A DNA stretch of 64,000 nucleotides from Candidatus Omnitrophota bacterium (GTDB lineage Bacteria; Omnitrophota; Gorgyraeia; Tantalellales; Tantalellaceae): NCBI GenBank assembly GCA_043813915.1, contig JBDRKO010000012.1:37457-101456 (forward strand). Reading direction: 5' to 3'. Positions 1-12,100 of the stretch are shown here, piece by piece. Within the stretch, counting starts at the first letter, position 1, and every line of letters starts with the position of its first letter. The translations under genes and the position numbers were made by a program. Below the pieces are notes generated by a model. The model made no database searches, was not told the origin of the DNA, and saw only the letters and a list, made by a program, of their open reading frames with translations.

Positions 1-157
1 AAAAAATTTTTATTTATATCTAAAAATTCTGGAATTATTCAAAGATGATAGCGCGATATTAGTAAGGATTGACAAATATTTAACCCCGGAACTTTGCGAA
101 CTGTCTCAAATAAATGATCCTAGAACACAAAATATTTTCTATGAAGAGCTGTCTCAG

Positions 158-3100
158 ATGATAAAAGAGAACCAGTCTCCTTCTCAAGTAAAGCAGCATA
201 TGGAAGAGATATTGCAAACAAAAATCACTAAAGAAGTTAACGAAGCGAGTGATAGTACACGTTTTTTACCCGCACAAAAACTGGGCAAAGTGCTGGCTTG
301 TATATTTAAACTAGGAGGGAAGATAGATAAAGCGACCTCAAAGGCTTTCAAATTATTCAGCCTGGAACTGGAACCCGAGGGTGATAGTAACACCGCACAT
401 GGGGAGATCATAAGATCATGTTTTATGAGCCTGCCGGAACTAACAATGCAAAATCCACCTGTTGATCCTCCTGTATATAAAAGCCAAAAGGGGCAGAGGA
501 TGAAGGCGCTTTCTAATATCCCGGGCGAAGCAGCCGCAGGTATCCTGCGGCTGCTTAAAGATGCAGAACCGTATAAGGTTTTAGGGCGGACAATAATATA
601 TAAAACAAATGAAGGATATACGGCTTTTAAGTTTCTTAAAAAGGAGCAAACTCTCCAGCCCAACGGAAGTTACGCAGAAAAACGGGAAGACTCCGGGAAA
701 CTTGTTTATGAAAGCGAGATATTCGACTTCCTGAACACGCTTAAACACGAAAAACGCGCATTGCAGGGAGACTATCCGACTGCGGTAAAAATAGGCGGTG
801 AAAGGATGTTTTGCATCAAAACAGAAACGGTCCCAGGTGCCCTGAGCGGGACCCCCGGCATAGATAAAACGGGCGGTTTTTGTACCTTTATGGCCTATGA
901 AACAGAGGATCCGGACTACTTTGTGTATCTTCACGAAGAAGAAAACGATAAAAAAGCAGAGAAAGCTGCTGAAAAAAATATTCACGATCTATTCTTTCTG
1001 GCAAAATACGGGCTTATACATCCGGACATAATTGAACTCTTCCATAACATAACGGCTGTTCCCAGGGATGATGAAGGGAAGTATCTGGGGATGGTCGATA
1101 TAAGCAGGCCTATTATCAACAGAAGGGGGACGGGAAGACTTCATGGATGGGAAAAAGAGGTAACTTACCCAAACATGCGTATTTCCGGTGCGGCTGATTT
1201 TGCCGAACTTGTGAATATAAACGATCTTATATCCCTGGATAACGGACATTCAAAATACCTAAGAAAAAATCTTTACAAAATGCAGGAAGAAAAAAGAGTG
1301 CAACATATACTAGCTCATTTTTTCAGCAATTACTTTTTGTCTTGGGTTTTGGTGGAGGGGAAACGCCTGAAACAGCACGGGAAAATCATAAAACAGGATT
1401 GGAAAGACGCGGACAAAGTAAAGAAACTGGGCGACAGAGCGAAAAATATTTATATAAAGGCTTATAAAACATTTATAAACTCTAACGGAGAAGATCTCGA
1501 AGCTATTGTGGACTGGGACATGTTAGCGCGACAGATGCTGTTTTATTTAGGGGGCGCTTATAAAGATTACGATATAGAGGATATTCCGGCAAACATACAT
1601 GGCATGCAGGGCCTTCGTATAAGCCACGGGGATGGATGGGGGTTCATACATGAAGATATTATCAAAGAAGCGACCGAAAAAAATGATAAAGAACGGGTGC
1701 TTGATGAATATTTCGATAATGCCGTATCATCCGCCGACAGGGAGTTCCCGGAAGGAGTATTGATCTTCAAGCCCGGGTTTGAAGAATTACTTGGAAAAGA
1801 AGAAAATAAACAGCTTGCCGGCATTCTTGGGAAGTTGTACAAAGAATACGCGAAGGGTTGGAGGCTTGACGGCAAGCATGAAGACCTGGGTCCCATAAAT
1901 GGCCCCTTTCCTATCACGGAGCTCATCAAGGCTAACTATATTTATACAATGGCAATGATCGGAAGGTATGCGTATGGCTCTCGGCTGGAGAAAAACCCAG
2001 AAAGCCAAGATCCAGGGGTCAGTGTTAGGGGTTCAGGGTTCAGGGAGATTCCCGGACGGAAAACCGAATACAATGACAGAGGACAGATAGCTAGATTGAC
2101 CGACGACCGTGGGATCGTCTGGGAAGAGTATTTTTACAAGGAAGAAGGTGTCTTTGAAGCGGTTGATCTGTATAACCCGGTTACCGGAAAAAGGATCAGA
2201 TGTGAGCCGGATAAAGCCCCTCAAAAAAGACCGGAATATGCAAAAATACTAATAAAAATAGAAGAAAAGAACGGACAGTTCCGGCAAGTTGGGGATATGA
2301 ACATTAATGCTGACAGTAAGGCGCTTTTCTGCGTGGCAAATATCCAGCTGCCCGAAACGGGAGAAGAAAAAACAAGAGGAAAAGGGATAGGGAAAACGGT
2401 GCTCAGATGGATAGATATGCAGGCTTACAGGCAGAGTAAACCGCTAGAAATAGAACAAGCGGTTAACCCGGTCATGGCTCATATAGCAGGTACGCTGTAT
2501 GAGGTTTCGAGACTCAAAATAACGGTGGGTGATAAGTCTTATTCTGATATCCATGAAGAGGAAGAATTGAGAAATTTGCTTTTTGAGAGAACATATTTAC
2601 TTTCACTGCCGGGAGATTTCACTTATTTGACCGTTGGAAAGGGGTCGGATGAAGTCAGTATCGAGCGCGTATATAATTCCCGAACAGGGCAACTTGTAAA
2701 AGATAATAAACTTCCGCCCGGATACGACTATAAAATTGACAAAGAAAAAAAACGATTAATTATCACGGATCCGAAGGGTAACCCTGCGCGATTAGAATAT
2801 TTTCCGGGGATCACTTTCGTAGGCTTGCCTGATGTCGGTAAAATAGTCAAAACGCAGGAGATGGAAAATGACCAAAGGGTCAAAGGACAGGGTTCAGGGG
2901 ACAGGGTTAAGGGTCCAGGGTTCAGGGAGATCCCCGGGCGGAAAATCGAATACAATGACAGAGGACAGATAGCTAGATTGACCGACGACCGGGGGATCGT
3001 TTGGGAAGAGTATCAGTACAGGGATGACGGGACGATCGATTATGTATCTTTACATAATCCTGTAACCGGAAGAACGATAAAATGTGAATATAAAGGATAT

Positions 3101-6100
3101 CCGGGAGGCATACCCGGTAACCAGAAGTGGGTTATAAGCCGGGAAGTTGAGGAAAACGGGCCTGTTCCGATAGGCAAACTTATAATTCAGGAAGGGCAAG
3201 ATGCGGCAACAGGGCAGAGATATATACGGCAAAGTAATCTTAGTATCCGCGATAAAGACGATCGCAATAAGGGGATAAGTAAAACAGTAAAAATATGGTT
3301 CGCGTTAAGGGCATATCGAGAAAGCAAAGTATTAAAATTTGCTGCGATATGGAGTCCCTTGTCCGCCAAGATAGATATCGGGGTTTGTGATATCTCATCG
3401 CTCAGGATCAGCAAAGAAAAAAGCGCACGATCGGGAGGTAAGCTGATAGTTTTTTCTGACGGAGAGGACCTAAAAAGACAACTATTGGAACAAGAATTTT
3501 ATTTTCAGGGGCCCACGGGTTTGGTCCGTATAAGCGTGGAACCCGGGACCCAAGAAATAGTTACTACTACAAACTGGCCCAAGGAATACACCCGAGAAAT
3601 AAAAGATGGGGAGTTAGTTGTTAACGACGAAAACGGAGAAAGAATATCAATAAGATATGAAGACAGTTTTTACTTCGAAGGTTTACCTGATGTTAAGAAA
3701 ATAGTAGGCGTGCAGGATGTGGAAGAGAGTCAAGGGAGCAGCCCCTCGGCTTCGCTCGGGACAAGAGAGTCCCCGGCGGCGGCGGGGTCGCCTTTGGCGG
3801 AAAAGAGCCAAAGTTCGGGCAGTAATGGGCCAGGAAAGACGGAGATAGAGAGGATCAACATCGAAGAGCTGCGCGAACTGATAACAGGTATACATGAATA
3901 TATTATCAGACCGGGCAGTCCATACGCGCTTGAGTCAGGATTATGTCTTAGCACGAACGTAGTGTTATATAGGACTATAAAGAACATACGCACTATAAAA
4001 AATGAGATCATTAAAAATGGTGGAACGCGGGGGAGGGTAGCCGCAGACATGCCGGAACCGAAAGCAGAAATATGCAGGAAACAAATAGGAGCGGAGGAAC
4101 ATTGGTTTTTGCTTGTGGACAGCGACTTCGTAGTGGATATTTTTCCCAATTATACTGGACGGCGGACAGGGTTGCATAAGACCGTGATAGTGATGACGAA
4201 AAAAGAAGCCGAAGAGTTAAACGGCTGGTATAAAAACGCGGAACAAAGCAAGATGAATAATCATACCTTAGAAAACATCCGTAGAATGGAGAGTGAAATG
4301 GCTAAGACAGGGGCGGATATAGCTTTAAGAGAATGGCTTGATACGCAGATAGACCGCAGAATGCGCGTAGAAAAAATAAAAGATGAAAAAGATACGGCGC
4401 AAATGATGAAGAAAACCAATACTGTCGAGACTGATCCGGAAAAGGTTTTTATCGGGAACTTAAAGGGATTAATGACAGGTTTTTACGGCACTTTTGTCGG
4501 AGAGAGGAGCATATATCGCGCATTTGAAAGAGGGGACAAAGGGATCGACTTGTCGCTTTTGAGGTTGTTTGCCAAAATAAGCGGAAAAGTGCCGGAACTT
4601 AACGTTGAACTCTGCTATTCAGATAACGCGGAAACGAAATATTGGTATTTGCTTGTCAACAGCAGGATCATCGTCAGCATGTATCCGCCCGAAGAGTTCA
4701 ATAGCGAATGGATAGTAATGACAGAAGAAGATGCGGCATTGGAGAGCAAGCTGTATGACAGAAAAAACAGAAACAAGATAACAGGAACGACAGTATTTGA
4801 GCGAGCGCGGAAAAGATGGGATAACCCGGCTATGGAGGAATATGAACCGATGGTTGATGAGCTGATAGAAAAATGGCTTAAATATAGAGTAAACAATATC
4901 GGCAGTCCGGCGAAAGAAAAAGAAAGTATCCGGAACGGACACAGTAACCCGCGTGATACGTCTGAAAACTTCAGAAATATCGGGAAAGTTTACGATGACA
5001 ATATGGACATAGCAGTTACGCAAACGTCGGAAAAAGAAGCCCAGCTGGAGGTCACGGCGTATAATGCCAGGAATCAAAAAGAGGAAACTTTTCATTTGAA
5101 CGCTTCCATTCACGGGCCGCCTACAAAAGAGCAAAAACAGCGGATAACAGATACCGCAAAAAAAGAGCACAAGAGCCTTATAGCCACCATCCTTAGCCTA
5201 TTCCCGGACGATATCCCCTTATACATACTGACTGACCCCTTAAAGGAAGACCTCTTCGGTTTTGCATCGATCAAGAATAAATTTATAGCGCTTCATAGGA
5301 CCATTAAAGATGATCCTGTAGCGCTGTTCCACGAGATAGGTGAATATCTGATCCGTGTCCCGTCGCTCGTGTCTCGTGTTTCCCGTTTACAATTAGAACT
5401 GGATGAAAAAAATAGATTAACTGTAACGATAAACGGAGAGAGACAGGAACCCGTAGTTTTGTCGGAGGCAACGCTTAAGTTTATTGAAGATGAGAAGATG
5501 GAAGGCGAGTGGGGGCCGAACTGGCAGACAAGCCAGCATTATCTCCTGCGTATTTTACAAAGAGAAGTTTTCGGCAAGGCGGACGAAACCCTTACCGAGA
5601 AGATCATTGACGGGCAAATGACCGCAAGAATGGAAAAAGAAGGGTCTAGAGCTGAGCCGTGGGGGCCGATCAAGGTAAACGGCTTAAGCATTTATGCTAA
5701 AGAGGTCATTAAGCCCTCAGAGATCAGAAAAACCTTAGATATATGGTTTGACGGGAAGGAAGAGAGATATTTTCTCAGAGAACAGTGGGAGAAAGCGATC
5801 AACGCAGCAATAAAAAGAGCACGTCCCGCGTTTCTTGTGAAAATTGAATCACAAGAAGGGGAGTTGATGGGGATCTCATATTGCCATAAAGGACTGTTCC
5901 CGTTCGAAGAAGGAGAAGCTGATATTTATATAGGCGATTTCAGTGAGATACCCGGTAAATACAGGGGAAAAGGTCTTGGCGAAGTCATTATGGCCAAAGG
6001 GATGGAAAGGATGGTCAGCGCGCATAGGGACGGTATAGACAGGGAAGAGATCTACGTAGGCCATCCCGCGGAACATGACGAAGAAGAATACGCGGACAAA

Positions 6101-9100
6101 GGAAAACGTGCGGAAAGATTTTTGTATCAACTCGGGTTCAACGATATCTGTTTTTCATGGTTTGAAACTCTTTCGCAGGAAGACAAGGCTAAAAGCCGTT
6201 TCATGGGGATCTCGGCATATAAGGCACAGGGGCTGGTTAACAGGGTAAAGGGAATGATCGGAGGAACAAGAAAGACAATATCTAAGCCTAAGCAGATGAA
6301 ACTATTCCCGCAAGCCCCCGAACAGCTCAAACTGTTCCCGGAAGTCAGTTCTACCTCAGGTGAAAATATCGCGGAACTAGAAAAAGCAAGAAAGAAAGCG
6401 GTAAGAATAAAGAGAAAATTAAAGAAAAAAAAGATCACGGACAAACAACTGAGCTTGTTCCAGAGGGAGAAGGGCCCAGAGAATACCGGTTTGGGCGAAG
6501 ACATGCTAAAAAAGACGCTAGAAGAACAAGGGGTAGATATAAACCGTGTATCGGAATTTCTTGCAGACTTTTCAAAAAACATAAAAGAGGAAAAGAAAAA
6601 TACATTTTTAATACAACTCGCCGATTGTTTTAGGGAAAGCAAGAAAACGAGGCTTGGCACAAAATTAGAAATAATGGAACCATATTTGTCCGATGTTATG
6701 GATAGCCTTCAAATTAAAATGGACATGGCAAACTTCCATTTTACAATTAATCATGGGACAACCAGTGTTGGATATATGGCGGAGAGTGTAAACATTAAGA
6801 ATGAGTATCATGATTTCACCATATACCTAATTGAAGAAGAAATTGACAAAACATATACCGTGAACCTTCTGGTTGATATAGATAAATGTCTCGCCACGCA
6901 ACCACGTCTTGCGGATGCGATAATGAAATTATGTGATGATAGAGGTACTACGATAGGCATTGCGAAACAAGCTGCTAATAATAAAAAAGGGACAGAAGGC
7001 AGGATTAACGGCATAGCGACACGATCAAAGGACGGCGAAAGGCAACTTATCGTATTGCCGCTTTATGATGTGAACGGAGAAAAAATAGGATACGAAAAGC
7101 CGGCAGGATATGCTTACGACGCGGATGTTCTGATCGACGGACGAAGAGTTACCCGTTTAGAAGCGATTTTGAGCCATGAGATAGCTTATTTATTTTTAAG
7201 AAGAACGCAAAAAAGTCAAAAATGGATATTGAAGGTAGACCAAAAAAGAATAAAAAAATTCACAGAGAAACACTCCGAAATAGAATGGGACATTAAAAGA
7301 TACGAAGAAAATATGGAAGAGGGGTTATTTGAACTGGTCTTCGAGATATATGGGATGAGGGCAGAAAGGATCAATGCGGAGTTTGATTTTCGGAGTTTAT
7401 CTTTGGAAGAAAAAGAAACTGTCCTCAAAAAAACATTCGTATCAGCTGAAAGTAGTTTTAACGTGCACGAATTTTTCGCGGATACTTTGGCGGCCTATTG
7501 GCTGGTGCCGGAGTTTGTTAAAGAAAAGGACCGGATCATGTTCGACCTTTTTGAGGCGATAGGCGTATGGAAAGATATTGAGAAGGGAGCGCGAACAGAC
7601 GACGAAAATAATGTAACGGATCCCCCCGGCCGGATAGGGAAATATTACACGGAAATAATCGCCGATGATGAACCGGGAGAAAACAGGTGGATAGTAAAAG
7701 CGATGCGTCACGGCGCATCTAAAGAGGCGGCTATCGATCTCGGCAGAACGTTCAGGGCCCCGCCTGTTGACGATGAGGTTAAGACGGAAATAAGAGATGC
7801 TGTTGACTCCAGAGATGCATCCAGGAAAACCGCGTATAAAGAACTTGTCAAAGAGATCTTAGAACAATTTCCCCAAAAAACCGTTCTTTACATATATAAA
7901 AACCTTTATCGGGACCTTTTCGGTTTTAACGATGTATCAAAAAAAATGATGGCTTTATATCGGGAGCTTTATGATGATAAGAAAACCCGGCCGGTCAGTC
8001 TGTTCCACGAGATATGCGAGTATCTTGGCACATTGAAGGTGATAGGGATAAGGGCCCGGGGAGACAAATTATTTGTGCGGATCAAAGGCAGAGAAACAGA
8101 AGTAGATGTTAGACGGGCGCGAAAAAGCCTGAAAGAAGACGGAGAAGACTGGATCAATTGGACGGAACAGGAGATCAATAAACCGGAAAACCGGCATTAT
8201 CTATTGAGGATACTGCAGAGGGAAATTTTCGGAGAAAAAGATGAGCTATTAACGAAAAAAATAAAAGACCTTGGGGAGCGCGGGTATAGGCGTTCCGCTG
8301 AAACGGATACGAAGAAAGCGGGAATGGCTACGCTAGACCAAATGATCCGGGAACTAGCCAGGGACATGGATATAACGGGCATGGAAAATGAGATAAAAGT
8401 ATTTTATGAAAAGTATATCAGGCTGGCAATGCGTGTACCGGTTGGAGGGCAAATATTGCTGAGCAGTATTAGAGCCGAACATATAGCGGATATGTTCTAT
8501 TTAAAAAAAGCATATCAATTCGATCTGTTCGAACTTCTGGAAGGGAAGCGCGAGACAAAATGGGTAAAAAGGGACGGGGCCGTCACGGATGAATATGTGT
8601 TCTATAACCGAAATGACGGGACATATGTTAATAAAGTAAGCGAGGCCGGGAAAAAGACATTTTTAGGAAAAGCCACCGATGGACGTTTTGGCCTAGAGGA
8701 CCGTGCCCATGACGGCGGAAGGAACATAGGCAATTTTAGGATAAAGACATTCTCTTTAAATAAATGGTTCCAAAAGACCGAGGGAGAGATGTCCTTAAAT
8801 ATAGACCGCGGTAAAGATACGAACGATCCGTATGCGTTATGTCGTTATTATGAAACTATTGGAGCACATGTTGATTGGCGGCTACTTAGCGGGAGCATGC
8901 TAATAACGGGTGGTTTGGATGCGGGCATATCAACAAAGAAAGAAACCGAAAGGATAGAAGGCCTCGAGAAATACGTGAGAAACGTCTGGAGCCAGAGAAA
9001 ACGCGACAGGTATTTCAGATTGACAAAAGATATAGAAACGGCAAGATTAGCCGAAGCTAATCAGGCGTTTACGGACGCGCATATGGATGTGGATATAGAT

Positions 9101-12100
9101 TCTTTGCGGAAGATCCAGCCGGAAGAGGTCGCGGAATTCATACAACATTATGATGGTGCAACACGAGAATTGGAAAAAGACATGGCGTTGAATGATGAGG
9201 TTAAAGCGAGACTGGGATCATTCTGCAGGAAATATTTAGAGATAAAAGAAGAATTCATCCGATGCGGATATGCTCCGGAAGATGAATACATGGTCAAATG
9301 TTTTAACGGGGAGATAATAGCGGATATGTTCTATTTAGCGGAAAAAGACGGGTTCAATGTTTTGGATCTTCGCAGCAAAAACAGGACTAAATGGATGAAA
9401 GAAGAAAATGGCATAACGATCCATTATGAATTCGAAAAGGAAAAAGACAGATCCGTATCAATGTATGAAGTTGATCAGAATAAGCCAAGGCGTAAAATAG
9501 CTTGTTTCAATGAGTTTTCTTATTATTTGGACGATCTAGATGCGGATGGGGGGAAAAATCTTGGAAATTTTCTTACAAAAACCGTTTATTTTCTATTGTG
9601 GGCAAACAAAAAGCAGAAAAAAACAGAGTTTGTGATCAGCTTTGAAATAAGCGGCGCACTAAAAGAGTACTATATGACTACCGGAGCGCGGATAGGAAGC
9701 AGGACTGATTTCGGCGATGAGATAGCACGCGTGGATCTGGTCGGAGGATTAAGAGCCGGGATATTAACTCCGCAGCAGGCAAAAAGGATTAAAGATCCAA
9801 ATGGCCGTCATAGACTTAATCCCTTTATATGGCGCGTATGGAGCCAGAGAAAGCTGGACAGGTATTTCAGATTGACTAAGGCCATAGAGACAGAGAAACT
9901 CGTCGAAGCTAACCGGGCCTTTACGGAAGCGCGCGCGGCGACGGATATCGAGGATCTGCAGAAGATCCAGCCGGAAGAAGTCGCGGAATTTATAAAAACT
10001 TATTTAACGGAAAAAGTTAAAGAGGAAACGGACACAATTGTCTTCGCGCATGGTACGACAAAAGATGCTATTAGCAATCTTGATGCGGGTTTTTTGAAAA
10101 AAAAGCTGTCTTTTCAGGGAGGAAGGGTAGAAGATATTTTGCGCTTGATCGGGACACATATAGAGGGAAAACTGTATGGAGATGAAAAAGAAATGCTTAT
10201 TTACTGCTTAAGTGAACTGTTAGTCAATACTCATTTCAGGGGAAAAGAGACTATGGGTACCGAGGCGTATCTTTACGTGCCGGAGAAGCGGAGAGACCCT
10301 GGGGTATTAAAATTTGTTGTTTCACAGAAAGGCATTAGAGAGGAAAGATATTGGGGTATACTTAAAAAGACCGCTGCAAAATTTTCCCAAAAAGGCAATA
10401 AAGGGTATGAATATTTTATGGATGTCATACAACGTAAGAAAGATAGAACTAGGGTGGGGGATGGAAGCGCGCTTTTCTGGGTTGGCAGACTTATGGAAAG
10501 AACAAATGTTTACCTTGAATATACACGGAAAGGGGAGGAGATAATAACCAATATCTGGATCGACCTTGGCCCGCTTTTGGAGGGCGACGCTCATGACGAA
10601 CAAGGGAAAGAAACGGTTGTTTTTGCGCATGGGATGACAGAGGGCGATATTAATGTTTTTAAAAAGATCGAAGAAGAAAAAGAGCCTGTCCGCATGCCCG
10701 GGGCCGGACATGTTATTAACTTTGTACGTGCCGAGACCGGGAAAAACATTTGGCGGTCGAAATCGTATGCTTTTGGGGAGTGTCTGGGAGAATTGTTGAA
10801 CAATGCGTGCATGCGTGGAAATGGCGTGGTATCCAGCCACGCGTATGTGTATGAAGCCGGAGAACATAAAGAATATATATTGAGATTCAATATTTCACAA
10901 AAGGGTCTCAATGAAGAAGTCTATTGGCATCTACTTAAGAGAACTGCCAAAAATTTTGCGCAACAAGATAAGAAAGGACCCGCGTATCTTCAGGATACAG
11001 AAAAGCGTGAGCGGGAGGAGATAACAATAGGCGGCGGATCTGGTTTTAAGTTTGTCGGGAGACTTATGGAAGAAACAGATGTCTATCTTGAATATACGCG
11101 AAATGGCGAGAATATCGAGACTGATATATGGGTCAGACTCGAACCATTTTTAGGAGAGACGTTCGATGCCGGACAAAAAGAAACGACAATACGCGACTTG
11201 GCCGGAGAAATGATCATTAAAAAAATAACAAAGGCAAAGATCCAACAGGTCGACAGAAAAAGCCAGGAGCTAAGAACCCGACTTAAAAATTCGTGGGCGG
11301 TAATGCCGGAAGAGTCGCGAAAGACGCCGATAGATATAGTGATAGACCTGTCATTAGTGTCAAAAGAGGACCTTCAGGAAAACATCGAAACCTGGGCGTA
11401 TCTTTTCTTGCTACTGTTCAAACAGGAGAATGTGAATTTTGTTTTCGAAAAAGGCTCTGAAATTCTTAAAGGCGTACGTCTTTCCGAAGAATTGGCTAAC
11501 GATGTCGCTCAGGCGCCTGAGGTAGAAGATGTTTTGAGAGATCTGAAAGCGGCGATAAAAAAGAATGCTAAATTTTCTGATTTTCAATTGGAAGATGAAA
11601 AATTTGATAAGATCCTCGATAAACGTGTTAAGACTGTCCGTAGTGAACCGATTCTCCTCGAAAACCGGGAAAAACCGGAAAAACCGGTTGAGATAACGGT
11701 CACATCTCAAGAATGTTTAATATGGGCAAGTAAAAACGATAAACTTCTCGAGGAGAACCAATATCCCATTGCCATGGAGGGGTTTACGCTTAATGAAGCC
11801 GGAGGCGTTCCGCTTAGGAACTTTGAAGCCGCGGTGATGATAGGTTTTGCCAAGGCCTTGCTTGTTCTTGCCAAAAGAAGAGATATACGGAAAAAACCCG
11901 GAGAAGAGAGAGAACTTCCGCTGCTCAAGAAAAGACTTCTCAACCAGCTTAATGGGTTGTATAGCCTTTGTATAGACGATATTATCAGATTTACAGAGGA
12001 TACACTTGATTCTATGGTACATACTTCACCCATCGTAAGGCTGAATTTAGCAATTGATCTTGCGTTGTCGAAGATAACAAGAATGCCGGTGGGAGGCCTT

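Noticed and set aside
7374-7562. Possible alternative genetic code, because of the in-frame TAA in the response regulator.
   Set aside because: TAA, TAG and TGA all terminate well-conserved genes elsewhere in the window, for example coaC (TAA), trkH (TAG) and the histidine kinase (TGA). The code is standard and the stop is local.
184-12033. Numerous 60-220-aa ORFs on the minus strand and in other frames inside the giant gene (for example 184..663, 4619..5170, 6127..6660, 10322..10867).
   Set aside because: They lie entirely within a long, well-supported + strand ORF, have low-complexity translations, and have no RBS. They are typical antisense shadow ORFs.
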